Shown here: piece after piece, positions 1-8,755 of the stretch | Layout of the letters: each line of letters begins with the position of its first letter | How positions within the stretch are numbered: the first letter of the stretch is position 1 | Source of the DNA: Faecousia sp. | GTDB taxonomy: Bacteria; Bacillota; Clostridia; Oscillospirales; Oscillospiraceae | Direction of reading: 5' to 3' | Assembly: GCA_045655745.1 (NCBI GenBank) | Contig: JAZOPV010000015.1 | Location: 26,824-90,823 of the forward strand | DNA: 64,000 bases | Notes under the pieces: generated by a model | Seen by the model: the letters and a program-made list of their open reading frames with translations, nothing else | The model's database searches: none | What the model was told of the DNA's origin: nothing | Program-made: the position numbers and the translations under genes

Positions 1-886
1 AATACATCCGGGATTTGGTAATTTCGGGATTGAGGTGATATTCCGCATACATTGCCTCGAACATCGCCACCGCTTCAATTGCCTCGTTGATACGCTTCTG
101 CTTGAGATATTCCGCATTTTGCAGCAGCTTATCCGCCCGTGCCTGTGCATTAGGCAGCTGGGCATTTTGATATGCCATTGCCTCATTGACCACAGCATCC
201 GCATTCTGCTTGGCAGTTTCCACCGCCTTGAACGCCTCGATTACGGCAGTCGTGGGCGGCTCAGCATCCTGAATACGAACACCAATGACCGTCAAACCAA
301 TGTCATATTCCTCCAAAATCTCTGCAACCATGTCCTTGACCTCGGTCTGAATATTTTCCTTGCCGGAGGTCAGCACCGCATCCACCGTGGAAGAGCCCAC
401 CACATTCCGCACCTGACTTTGAATCAGGTTCTTGAGAATCAGCTCCGGCTTATGAGAGGAGTACAAAAACTGCACCGGGTCGGAAATTTTGTATTCTACC
501 AGGAAATCCACATTGACAATGTTATAATCGCCGGTAATCATGGCACATTCTTCCGGCACAACCACCGAGCCGCCATGGGCGCCCGAATAATAACCCAGCT
601 CAATTTTCTGGTAGACATTCACATCCACCTTATGTACCTGCTGGATACCAAAAGGTGCTTTAAAATGAAGTCCCGGCTCTGCAATGTCCGACACCTTGCC
701 AAAGGTGGTCACCACACCCTGCTGCTTGTCATCCACCGTATACACACTGGTCAACACACCAATCAGCACCACAAATCCCAAAATTCCCAAGAGAATATAT
801 CGGGACAGCTTCTTTTTGTCTATTGGACTATTTGCTTTTTTCGGTGCTGAGTCCGGTGCCCAGCGATAGCTACCATTGTTTTCCAT
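1..886 (-). CDS. hflK: FtsH protease modulator HflK (SPFH), 3' end beyond the window
   Basis: Not in the ORF track. Hand translation from ATG at 886 (RBS AAGGAG): MENNGSYRW...TM helix, VYTVDDKQQGVVTTFGKV, GLHFKAPFGIQ, MITGDYNIVNVDFLVEYKISDP, QDAEPP. Open to the window edge. Confidence 0.85.
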   Translation of the reverse strand, partial: MENNGSYRWAPDSAPKKANSPIDKKKLSRYILLGILGFVVLIGVLTSVYTVDDKQQGVVTTFGKVSDIAEPGLHFKAPFGIQQVHKVDVNVYQKIELGYYSGAHGGSVVVPEECAMITGDYNIVNVDFLVEYKISDPVQFLYSSHKPELILKNLIQSQVRNVVGSSTVDAVLTSGKENIQTEVKDMVAEILEEYDIGLTVIGVRIQDAEPPTTAVIEAFKAVETAKQNADAVVNEAMAYQNAQLPNAQARADKLLQNAEYLKQKRINEAIEAVAMFEAMYAEYHLNPEITKSRMY

Positions 887-910
887 TCAATCACTCCTTA
901 TTATAATGTA

Positions 911-1459
911 TCACAACGACATGAGCATCTGCTCTGCCTTTTCCCGCAGACGGGAGGCAGACCAAGCAGTTAACATAATTCTTAGGACCTTTTCCACCCG
1001 CTCTCGAGCGCCTGGGACCGGCTCTGCATATTCTCGAAGCGTCTTATTGATAACGGATGTCCAATCCTCGGCAGTTACACCCTCCTTAGCATGAGATGCC
1101 AGATGTACAAACATAAAATAGAGCCTTGCGTCATCAATCAAATCATCGGAAGTATCATCCAAATCACCGTTGACATGCCCTATCAAGCCGATAATCTTCT
1201 CCATAGGCAAAGCATTTTTCAGCATATTGATGGTAATAATCCGGCAAAGCTGATTCATATTATATCGCTTATGCTCCGGAGGAGGTAAAAATTCGCGCTT
1301 GACCCAATTTTGAACAGTGTAGGGCTCCAAGCCGGTAATGCTGGCAACCTGACTGAGTACAATGCCGCCCCCAAAGAACATGGAGGTAAATTGCCGCTCA
1401 ATGTATTTTGCATCCTCCCGGCGAACGGAAAGAACAGTTCCAGGAATCATCCAATTCAT
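911..1459 (-). CDS. DUF1836 family protein (HTH-like)
   Basis: ITGLEPYTVQNWVKREFLPPPEHKRY..QL motif; RBS AAGGAGG. Confidence 0.75.
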   Translation of the reverse strand: MNWMIPGTVLSVRREDAKYIERQFTSMFFGGGIVLSQVASITGLEPYTVQNWVKREFLPPPEHKRYNMNQLCRIITINMLKNALPMEKIIGLIGHVNGDLDDTSDDLIDDARLYFMFVHLASHAKEGVTAEDWTSVINKTLREYAEPVPGARERVEKVLRIMLTAWSASRLREKAEQMLMSL

Positions 1460-1488
1460 ATATGGTCCTCCTTTATTATGATGAAATG

Positions 1489-1517
1489 ATTATATCATAT
1501 GGTCATTTGATTGTCAA
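1489..1517 (-). promoter_or_regulatory. sigmaA promoter for the DUF1836 gene (possibly also hflK)
   Basis: TTGACA-17 bp-TATAAT, perfect consensus on the minus strand. Confidence 0.8.
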
Positions 1518-1619
1518 TAGCTATTGGATAAAATTTAGTTTTTTTTGGTAAAATTGTATTTTACTCTTTACGAAATGAAAAATTTGTTGTACAATAAGGG
1601 GCGATAAGGAGGTGACGCC

Positions 1620-1973
1620 ATGAATTGTATGCGATGCGGAAAAGAAATCCCTATAGAAGAGGTATTTTGCGAGGAATGCCTAACTGATATGGAACGCCAT
1701 CCGGTCAAACCCGGTACGCCCATTCAGCTTCCAAACCGTGATGCAAAACCCGCCGCAAAACGCACCGCACATCGAAGAAACTCCACAAAACCGGAGGAAC
1801 AGCTCTTCAAACTGCGCTTTGCGATTTTTTGGCTGATTTTGGTCATCGTTCTGCTAGCTCTGGCGTTGCTGATATGCTTGGGGCTGCTACTGAATATATT
1901 CCCGACATGGATTTCAGAAATGCTTCTGAGCGAAACCGAGCAGACCATTAACTTTATAAACAATCTGCCTTAA
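1620..1973 (+). CDS. Hypothetical protein with N-terminal CxxC...CxxC zinc ribbon and C-terminal TM helix
   Basis: RBS AAGGAGGTG; MNCMRCG..FCEEC; hydrophobic segment FAIFWLILVIVLLALALLICLGLLL. Confidence 0.7.
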   Translation: MNCMRCGKEIPIEEVFCEECLTDMERHPVKPGTPIQLPNRDAKPAAKRTAHRRNSTKPEEQLFKLRFAIFWLILVIVLLALALLICLGLLLNIFPTWISEMLLSETEQTINFINNLP

Positions 1974-1974
1974 A

Positions 1975-1990
1975 TGTTTCACGTGAAACA
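1975..1990. promoter_or_regulatory. parS centromere site
   Basis: Perfect palindrome TGTTTCACGTGAAACA matching the Firmicutes parS consensus. Confidence 0.95.
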
Positions 1991-2012
1991 TTTTCCGACA
2001 GCATTTGCATCA

Positions 2013-2028
2013 TGTTTCACGTGAAACA
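2013..2028. promoter_or_regulatory. parS centromere site
   Basis: TGTTTCACGTGAAACA, about 30 bp upstream of the parA start. Confidence 0.95.
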
Positions 2029-2057
2029 TGATTTGAACAAAGAAAAGGAGGCGGAAT

Positions 2058-2813
2058 ATGGGAAAATCCATTGCCGTCGTAAATCAAAAAGGCGGTGTGG
2101 GTAAAACCACAACATCGGTCAATCTTACAGCAGCACTGAAAGAATTGGGCGTAAATGTATTGCTGTGTGACTTTGACCCCCAAGCAAATGCCACTTCCGG
2201 CTTTGGTGTGGACAAGCGGAAGGTAAAATACACCGTCTATGATGTGCTGATTAATAATACCCCCATTGAAGATGCCATTGTACACACAGATTTCGGTGAT
2301 GTATTGCCCTCAGCTGCCAGTTTGGCCGGTGCAGCAGTAGAACTGCTGTATACCGAAGGCCGAGAACATCAGCTCAAGCAGGTGCTGGCGCCGATTAAGG
2401 AAAACTATGATGTAATCATCATTGATTGCCCCCCGTCCTTGGAAATGCTGACGCTAAACAGCCTTGCTGCGGCGGATAGCATCCTTGTTCCGGTGCAGTG
2501 CGAATATTATGCGCTGGAGGGTCTCTCCGACCTGATGAGTACCATGCGAATGGTGAAGAAGAGAATTAACCCAAATTTGGACATTCTTGCGGTGGCGCTG
2601 ACCATGTTTGACGGACGCACCAACTTCTCCACGCAAGTTGCACAGGAAGTGCGGCGGCACTTCCCCGGCAAGGTGTTTACTACGGTAATCCCTAGAAATA
2701 TCCGTCTTTCAGAAGCACCCAGCCACGGCTTACCCATTACAGCCTACGACCGTACCAGCAAAGGTGCAGTCGCTTACAAGCAAATGGCACAGGAGCTGAA
2801 GGCAAAACTTTAA
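2058..2813 (+). CDS. parA: ParA/Soj chromosome partitioning ATPase
   Basis: Deviant Walker A NQKGGVGKTT, DFDPQANATSG, IDCPPSL, PVQCEY, IPRNIRLSEAPSHG. Confidence 0.97.
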   Translation: MGKSIAVVNQKGGVGKTTTSVNLTAALKELGVNVLLCDFDPQANATSGFGVDKRKVKYTVYDVLINNTPIEDAIVHTDFGDVLPSAASLAGAAVELLYTEGREHQLKQVLAPIKENYDVIIIDCPPSLEMLTLNSLAAADSILVPVQCEYYALEGLSDLMSTMRMVKKRINPNLDILAVALTMFDGRTNFSTQVAQEVRRHFPGKVFTTVIPRNIRLSEAPSHGLPITAYDRTSKGAVAYKQMAQELKAKL

Positions 2814-2822
2814 TACGAAAGG

Positions 2823-3689
2823 ATGAAGAATATGGTATCCAACAAAGGACTTGGAAAGGGTTTGGGCGCACTGCTGGGAGAAATGGAAGAAGTCAGCCTT
2901 AACAGTCCCTATCAAATTCTTCCAATCCACAAAGTAGAACCAAATCCCGACCAGCCCCGTCAAGATTTTGACGAGGAGGAGCTGCAAGCATTGGCAGACT
3001 CCATTGCACAGCACGGTATTATCCAGCCGCTGACGGTACGGGAGATGAATACCGGTTACTATCAAATAATTGCCGGCGAACGCCGGTGGCGTGCTGCCCG
3101 AATTGCCCGCTTAACAGAAGTTCCCGTGGTAGTTGTTGAGGCAGACGATAAAAAGGCAATGGAATTGGCGCTGATTGAAAACCTGCAGCGGCAAAACCTG
3201 AATCCGGTGGAAGAAGCACTGGGCTTTCAAACACTGCTGGAAGAATATGGCATGACCCAAGAGGAAGCAGGCAATCGGGTGGGTAAATCCCGTTCCACTA
3301 TCACCAACGCTCTGCGTCTGCTGAATCTCTGCCCCCAGGTGCTGGAAAAAGTACGGGGCGGTGAGCTGTCCGCCGGTCACGCCCGTGCCATACTCTCACT
3401 AAAGAACGAGAAGCAGCAACAAATGGCAGCCCAAAAAATCATGGCACTGGATTTGTCTGTCCGGCAGGCAGAACGGCTCTGCAAAAATATGCTCCCTGAA
3501 TATCGGGAGGTTATTATTGAGCCCATGCGAATTGATTATATCGGTGAATGCGAAAAATCCTTGAGTAAGCAGCTCGGTCGCCGCGTTAAAATCATTAATG
3601 GAAAGCGCAAAGGCAAGTTTGAATTGGAATTCTACGGCAGAGAGGACTTAGAGGTCCTACTGTCTGCTCTAATGTCCCTTAAGAAGTAA
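2823..3689 (+). CDS. parB: ParB/Spo0J partitioning protein
   Basis: KGLGKGLGALL, PNPDQPR, GERRWRA, ENLQRQNLNPVEEA, HTH GKSRSTITNALRLL. Confidence 0.97.
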   Translation: MKNMVSNKGLGKGLGALLGEMEEVSLNSPYQILPIHKVEPNPDQPRQDFDEEELQALADSIAQHGIIQPLTVREMNTGYYQIIAGERRWRAARIARLTEVPVVVVEADDKKAMELALIENLQRQNLNPVEEALGFQTLLEEYGMTQEEAGNRVGKSRSTITNALRLLNLCPQVLEKVRGGELSAGHARAILSLKNEKQQQMAAQKIMALDLSVRQAERLCKNMLPEYREVIIEPMRIDYIGECEKSLSKQLGRRVKIINGKRKGKFELEFYGREDLEVLLSALMSLKK

Positions 3690-3723
3690 GCCATACATTA
3701 TAATAATAAAAGAGGTATTATTT

Positions 3724-3924
3724 ATGGAAAAAAAGCTATATAAAGACCGGCGCAACAAGAAAATTTGCGGTGTCTGCTCCGGTCTGGCAAAATATTTTGA
3801 GTTGGATGTAACCGTTGTTCGTCTGGTTGCCCTGCTGTGTGTTCTGTTTGCAGGCGGTGGGCTGCTGGCTTATTTGATTGCGGCACTTATTATGCCCAAT
3901 GAGCCCTATGAAATCGAAGACTAA
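3724..3924 (+). CDS. PspC domain protein
   Basis: KKLYK...KICGVCSGLAKYF..D.TVVRL + TM helix with YLIAALIMP. Confidence 0.9.
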   Translation: MEKKLYKDRRNKKICGVCSGLAKYFELDVTVVRLVALLCVLFAGGGLLAYLIAALIMPNEPYEIED

Positions 3925-3927
3925 GCG

Positions 3928-3943
3928 TGTTTCACGTGAAACA
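3928..3943. promoter_or_regulatory. parS centromere site
   Basis: TGTTTCACGTGAAACA between pspC-like gene and serS. Confidence 0.95.
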
Positions 3944-3974
3944 TTGCATTATTTCGAAGTTTTGAGGTAAAATC

Positions 3975-5306
3975 ATGTTAGATATTCGTAGAATTAAAGA
4001 AAATCCCGAAGCAGTAAAGGCTGGTCTTCGGGCAAAGGAAGTAGACTGCGATGCAATTATTGATCGTATTCTGGAGCTGGATGTTCAGGTTCGTAGCCTG
4101 AAAACCTCCACCGAAACCAAGACCGCTGAAAAGAACAAGCTGTCCAAAGAAAACGGCAAGCTCTTCGGTCAGAAGAAGGCCGCTGAAAAGAAAGGCGAGG
4201 ATTTCTCCGCCATTGATGCTCAGATTGCTGCCAACATGGCTGCTTCTGTCCAGATTGACGTAGCCATCGAAGGCGACAAAAAGCAACTGAAGGAGCTGGA
4301 CGAGCAGCTCTACAACGCTATGCTGAGCCTGCCGAACCTGCCTGATGCTGACCTTCTCCCTGGTGGAAAGGAGAATAATGAGCCTCTGCGCTATATTGGT
4401 GAAAAGCACACCTTTGACTTTGAGCCCAAGCATCATGTGGATTTGTGCACCGATTTGGGGCTCATCGACTATGAGCGTGGTGTGAAGCTGGCTGGCGCCG
4501 GCAACTGGATGTACACCGGCATGGGCGCACGCTTGGAATGGGCGCTGCTGAACTACTTCATGGACACCCACATCGCTGACGGCTACGACTTCATCCTGCC
4601 CCCTCATATGCTGGAGTACCAGTGTGGTCTGACCGCCGGTCAGTTCCCCAAGTTTGCTGACGAAGTCTTCAAAATCTCCAATCATCCCACGGAAAACGGC
4701 ACTTTCTATATGCTGCCCACCGCAGAAGCAGCGCTCTGCTCTATCTATCGAGACGAAATTCTCACCGAGGCTGACCTGCCTAAGAAGCTGTTCGCCTACA
4801 CCCCCTGCTTCCGTCGTGAGGCTGGCTCTCACCGTGCTGACGAGCGTGGCATGGTTCGCGGCCACCAATTTAATAAGGTAGAAATGTTCCAGTTCACCAC
4901 ACCCGATAAGTCCGACGAGGCTTTCGAAGAACTGGTGAAGAAGGCTGAGAACCTGGTTGCCGGTTTGGGTCTGCACTTCCGTACTGTAAAGCTGGCTGCA
5001 GGCGACTGCTCCGCTTCCATGGCTCGCACCTACGACATCGAAATTTTGATTCCTTCCATGAACGGTTACAAGGAAGTTTCCTCCGTATCCAATGCCCGTG
5101 ATTATCAAGCACGCCGTGGTAATATCCGCTATCGTCGTGAGGACGGCAAGATTGAATATGTCCACACCCTCAACGGCTCCGGCCTCGCTACCTCCCGTAT
5201 CTTCCCCGCCATCGTAGAGCAGAATCAGCGTGCCGATGGCTCTGTGGTCGTTCCGGAATGTCTGCGGAAGTACTTGGGCGGCTTGGAAATTATAAAAAAG
5301 AAATAA
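3975..5306 (+). CDS. serS: Serine--tRNA ligase
   Basis: MLDIRRIKENP, LPTAE, FRREAGS, RGHQFNKVE, HTLNGSGLA. Confidence 0.97.
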   Translation: MLDIRRIKENPEAVKAGLRAKEVDCDAIIDRILELDVQVRSLKTSTETKTAEKNKLSKENGKLFGQKKAAEKKGEDFSAIDAQIAANMAASVQIDVAIEGDKKQLKELDEQLYNAMLSLPNLPDADLLPGGKENNEPLRYIGEKHTFDFEPKHHVDLCTDLGLIDYERGVKLAGAGNWMYTGMGARLEWALLNYFMDTHIADGYDFILPPHMLEYQCGLTAGQFPKFADEVFKISNHPTENGTFYMLPTAEAALCSIYRDEILTEADLPKKLFAYTPCFRREAGSHRADERGMVRGHQFNKVEMFQFTTPDKSDEAFEELVKKAENLVAGLGLHFRTVKLAAGDCSASMARTYDIEILIPSMNGYKEVSSVSNARDYQARRGNIRYRREDGKIEYVHTLNGSGLATSRIFPAIVEQNQRADGSVVVPECLRKYLGGLEIIKKK

Positions 5307-5318
5307 GGAGCGAATATC

Positions 5319-5813
5319 ATGCCGAAAAAGAACGGAAAGCCCACTTTGTGGGAAGAATTTAAGACCTTTGCCATTAAGGGCAACGCTATGGCGCTGGCTG
5401 TTGGTACCATCATCGGCGGTGCATTCACCACCATTACCAAAAGCCTGACCAACGATTTGATTATGCCCATTGTGAATATTTTCCTGGGCGGAACGGATTT
5501 CTCTGACTTAAAGCTGATTTTACCCCGGATGCCATGGATGGAGCCGGAATACGAAATGGTGGTCAACGAAGCAGGTGAAGAAGTGCCCCAGCTGGTGCAC
5601 AACTATCTGACCTACGGCAATTTTATCGCCGCCGTCATCAACTTCATCATTTTAGCAGTGGTGGTGTTCTTCATTGTCAAGATTCTCAACCGTTTGGCTG
5701 AACTTGGCAAGAAGGAAAAGCCTGTCGAGCCGGTTGCTCCTCCCGCACCTCCTGCACCCACCAAGGAAGAGCTATTGCTAACCGAAATTCGCGATTTACT
5801 GGCAAAAAAATAA
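5319..5813 (+). CDS. mscL: Large-conductance mechanosensitive channel
   Basis: EEFKTFAIKGNAMALAVGTIIGGAF, YGNFIAAVINF, LLTEIRDLL. Confidence 0.95.
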   Translation: MPKKNGKPTLWEEFKTFAIKGNAMALAVGTIIGGAFTTITKSLTNDLIMPIVNIFLGGTDFSDLKLILPRMPWMEPEYEMVVNEAGEEVPQLVHNYLTYGNFIAAVINFIILAVVVFFIVKILNRLAELGKKEKPVEPVAPPAPPAPTKEELLLTEIRDLLAKK

Positions 5814-5816
5814 GGT

Positions 5817-5854
5817 TTTCGGGAGACGGATGCATCTGTCTCCCGAAATTTTTT
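5817..5854 (+). terminator. Rho-independent terminator after mscL
   Basis: TTTCGGGAGACGGA...TCTGTCTCCCGAAA stem followed by a T run. Confidence 0.85.
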
Positions 5855-5863
5855 ATAAACAGA

Positions 5864-5884
5864 TGTGGAAAAAGTTGTGGAAAA
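5864..5884. promoter_or_regulatory. Two tandem DnaA boxes
   Basis: TGTGGAAAA at 5864-5872 and 5876-5884 (reverse complement TTTTCCACA fits TTWTNCACA). Confidence 0.6.
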
Positions 5885-5947
5885 AGTAGATAACTTCCTC
5901 AATACACTTATGATGTTATGTAAATCGAACACTTTATATAATAAAAT

Positions 5948-5976
5948 TTGACAAATCCAGTCCGCACCATTATAAT
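5948..5976 (+). promoter_or_regulatory. sigmaA promoter of the nfnAB-like operon
   Basis: TTGACA-17 bp-TATAAT. Confidence 0.85.
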
Positions 5977-6040
5977 GGATACGATTGGGAATATGCCCAA
6001 AGCACGAATTACATGAGTAAAAAAGAAAGGATTCTTTATC

Positions 6041-6895
6041 ATGTTTAAGATTGTAACCAAAAGAGAGCTGAATGCTGCTGTCACCTTGATGGAAATTGAA
6101 GCCCCCTTCGTTGCCAAAAAGGCAAGAGCCGGTCAATTCATCATTTTCCGCATTGACGAAAAAGGAGAGCGTGTACCCCTGACCATCGCCGGCTATGACC
6201 GGGAAAAGGGTACTGTCACCATTATTTTCCAAAAGGTTGGCTTTGCCACCAAGGCACTGGGTGCTTTGAATGAAGGCGACTACATTTTGGACTTTGTCGG
6301 TCCTTTGGGCAAGCCCACTCCTGTGGAGGGTAAAAAGAAGGTCTGTGTGGTTGGCGGCGGTGTTGGCTGCGCCATTGCACTGCCCTCTGCCAAGGCTTTT
6401 AAGGAAGCCGGTGCAGAAGTGACCGTGATTGTTGGCTTCCGCTCCAAGGATATTGTGATTTTGGAGGACGAGTTCAGAGCCTGTTCCGACCGACTGATTT
6501 TGATGACCGATGACGGCTCTTACGGTCAGCACGGTCTTGTAACCCAGCCCCTGAAGGAAATGCTGGAGGCAGGAGAGGTCTTTGATGAGGTGCTTGCCAT
6601 CGGTCCTGTGCCCATGATGAAGTTTGTCTCCCTCACCACCTTGCCCTTTGGTACTCACACCTCTGTGTCTCTGAACCCCATCATGGTGGATGGCACCGGT
6701 ATGTGCGGCGGCTGCCGTGTGACCGTGGGCGGCGAAACCAAGTTCGCCTGCGTGGACGGACCGGAATTTGACGGACATAAGGTTGACTTTGCAGAACTGA
6801 TGAGCCGCAACAGTGTTTACCGGGACAGAGAAGCTGAGGTCACCGAAAAGCACGCCTGCCGCATGGAAGCCATGGGCAAGGCTCTGATTCAATAA
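6041..6895 (+). CDS. nfnA: Sulfide/dihydroorotate dehydrogenase-like FAD/NAD subunit (NfnA/SudB type)
   Basis: GERVPLTI, GPLG, GGGVG, MVDGTGMCGGCRV..CVDGPEFD 2Fe-2S motif; adjacent to the GltD-like gene. Confidence 0.85.
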   Translation: MFKIVTKRELNAAVTLMEIEAPFVAKKARAGQFIIFRIDEKGERVPLTIAGYDREKGTVTIIFQKVGFATKALGALNEGDYILDFVGPLGKPTPVEGKKKVCVVGGGVGCAIALPSAKAFKEAGAEVTVIVGFRSKDIVILEDEFRACSDRLILMTDDGSYGQHGLVTQPLKEMLEAGEVFDEVLAIGPVPMMKFVSLTTLPFGTHTSVSLNPIMVDGTGMCGGCRVTVGGETKFACVDGPEFDGHKVDFAELMSRNSVYRDREAEVTEKHACRMEAMGKALIQ

Positions 6896-6908
6896 GGAGG
6901 AGCGAAAA

Positions 6909-8294
6909 ATGGCGAACATGACTTTGACCAAAACCCCCATGCCGGAGCAGGACCCCAAGGTTCGTGCCCGTAATTTTAAAGAAGTGACCTTGGGCTACAC
7001 CGCCGAAATGGCAGTGGAGGAAGCCGGTCGCTGCCTGAAATGTAAAAATCCCAAGTGTGTGGAAGGCTGCCCCGTCAATGTCCGTATTCCGGAATTTATC
7101 GGCAAGGTTGCCGAAGGCGATTTTAAGGCTGCCTATGAAATTATTACATCTACCAATGCACTTCCGGCACTGTCCGGCCGTGTCTGCCCCCAGGAAACCC
7201 AGTGCGAAGCCCGTTGTGTCCGTGGCATCAAGGGCGAGCCGGTGGCAATCGGCCGTTTGGAGCGGTTTGTGGCAGACTGGTATCGTGAAAATATCAACGC
7301 TATGCCCGAAAAAGTGCCCTCCAACGGCATGAAGGTGGCGGTGGTTGGCTCCGGCCCTGCCGGTATGACCGCTGCTTCCGATTTGGCAAAGCGTGGCTAT
7401 GAAGTGACCATGTTTGAGGCACTGCACACCGCCGGCGGCGTGCTGGTCTACGGCATTCCCGAGTTCCGTCTGCCCAAGGCTATCGTTGCCAATGAAATTT
7501 CCAAGCTGCAGGCTCAGGGCGTCAATGTGATGACAAACATGGTCATCGGTCGGGTGCTGACCATTGACGAGCTGTTTGAAATGGGCTTCAAGGCTGTATT
7601 TGTGGGCAGCGGCGCAGGTCTGCCCATGTTCATGAACATCCCCGGCGAAAGCCTGAAGGGTGTCATGTCCGCCAACGAGTATTTGACCCGTACCAACCTG
7701 ATGAAAGCCTATGACGAAAGCTACGACACCCCCATCATCACCTCCAAGGCTGTGGCGGTTGTAGGCGGCGGCAATGTGGCAATGGATGCAGCCCGCTGTG
7801 CCATGCGTTTGGGTGCTGAGCATGTATATGTGGTCTACCGCCGTGGCGAGGCAGAAATGCCTGCCCGTTTGGAGGAGCAGCATCACGCCAAGGAGGAGGG
7901 CATTGAGTTTAAGACCCTGTGCAATCCTGTGGAAATTCTGCCGGATGAAAACGGTCGTGTTGGCGGCATAAAGTGCATCCGCATGGAGCTGGGTGAGCCG
8001 GATGCCTCTGGTCGGCGCAGCCCCATTGCCGTGGAAGGCTCTGAATTTGTGCTGGATGTGGACACCGTAATTATGTCCTTGGGCACCAGCCCCAACCCCT
8101 TGATTCGCTCCACCACCCCCGGCTTGGAAACCAACCGCAAGGGTTGCCTCATTGTCAATGAAAATGAAATGACCACCCGTGACGGCGTGTTTGCCGGCGG
8201 CGATGCCGTTACCGGCGCAGCCACCGTTATTTTGGCAATGGGCGCCGGCAAAAAGGGCGCAGCTGCCATTGACGCATATTTAAAGAATAAATAA
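6909..8294 (+). CDS. nfnB: GltD/GltA-like NADPH oxidoreductase (NfnB/SudA type)
   Basis: EAGRCLKC..C..GCP, GRVCPQETQCE..C, GSGPAG, GGGNVAMD, AGGDAVTGAATVILAM. Confidence 0.85.
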   Translation: MANMTLTKTPMPEQDPKVRARNFKEVTLGYTAEMAVEEAGRCLKCKNPKCVEGCPVNVRIPEFIGKVAEGDFKAAYEIITSTNALPALSGRVCPQETQCEARCVRGIKGEPVAIGRLERFVADWYRENINAMPEKVPSNGMKVAVVGSGPAGMTAASDLAKRGYEVTMFEALHTAGGVLVYGIPEFRLPKAIVANEISKLQAQGVNVMTNMVIGRVLTIDELFEMGFKAVFVGSGAGLPMFMNIPGESLKGVMSANEYLTRTNLMKAYDESYDTPIITSKAVAVVGGGNVAMDAARCAMRLGAEHVYVVYRRGEAEMPARLEEQHHAKEEGIEFKTLCNPVEILPDENGRVGGIKCIRMELGEPDASGRRSPIAVEGSEFVLDVDTVIMSLGTSPNPLIRSTTPGLETNRKGCLIVNENEMTTRDGVFAGGDAVTGAATVILAMGAGKKGAAAIDAYLKNK

Positions 8295-8308
8295 ATCCAT
8301 ATTACGAA

Positions 8309-8339
8309 AAACAGGAGGTGGAAATTCCACCTCCTGTTT
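8309..8339. terminator. Bidirectional terminator between nfnB and the small RHH gene
   Basis: AAACAGGAGGTGG / CCACCTCCTGTTT perfect 13-bp stem. Confidence 0.85.
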
Positions 8340-8490
8340 ATGCTTTCTTATTCTTTTGCTGTTCCAGCCATTGTTGGACAATATCCTCCACCAGAAGAGA
8401 AACGCTCCACTTTTTGGTGGCGGCTATTTCAGCCAAGGCCTCTTTGGTTTCCAAATCCGTGCGAAAAGATACAAATTCACTCTTTTTCAT
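8338..8490 (-). CDS. 50-aa ribbon-helix-helix (CopG/Arc-like) protein
   Basis: Below the ORF-track cutoff. MKKSEFVSFRTDLETKEALAEIAATKKWSVSLLVEDIVQQWLEQQKNKKA has the alternating beta strand (FVSFR) then helix-S-helix pattern. Confidence 0.7.
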   Translation of the reverse strand: MKKSEFVSFRTDLETKEALAEIAATKKWSVSLLVEDIVQQWLEQQKNKKA

Positions 8491-8531
8491 GTTATCACCC
8501 ATATACATGGTATATCTTTTTTTGCAAGTTA

Positions 8532-8552
8532 TAGATATATGTTATATATCTA
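8532..8552. promoter_or_regulatory. AT-rich palindrome between divergent small genes, candidate operator
   Basis: TAGATATAT-GTT-ATATATCTA. Confidence 0.45.
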
Positions 8553-8575
8553 ATATATCATGAAGAAGATATACC

Positions 8576-8743
8576 ATGGACAATTCCATTTACGGCTATT
8601 TATCAAGGCAGAGCAATGAGGAACTTGAAAAACTGCTTGCCCTTTATGGAGAAGAAACGGACAACGAACTGGATGCGGAGGTCAAACAACTGGTGGAGCA
8701 GGTTCTGACCGAACGGGCAAATCAAACAGAAGATAAATTGTAG
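8576..8743 (+). CDS. 55-aa acidic helical hypothetical protein
   Basis: Below the ORF-track cutoff. MDNSIYGYLSRQSNEELEKLLALYGEETDNELDAEVKQLVEQVLTERANQTEDKL, with purine-rich RBS-like GAAGAAG upstream. Confidence 0.6.
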   Translation: MDNSIYGYLSRQSNEELEKLLALYGEETDNELDAEVKQLVEQVLTERANQTEDKL

Positions 8744-8755
8744 TTTCACGCAGAG

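Noticed and set aside
35-850. 271-aa plus-strand ORF and the many other long antisense ORFs (e.g. 3978-5165, 5612-6958, 15099-16211, 17603-18739, 45872-46978, 47183-48043)
   Set aside because: These are shadows of recognisable genes on the opposite strand, with no RBS or family motifs. The real gene at 1-886 is hflK on the minus strand.
3925-3975. T-box leaders for serS (and for hisS at about 25680)
   Set aside because: The intergenic gaps are only about 50 bp and about 17 bp, with no T-box motif.
5880-6040. Rex operator upstream of the nfnAB-like genes
   Set aside because: No TTGTGAA-N4-TTCACAA-like site is present.
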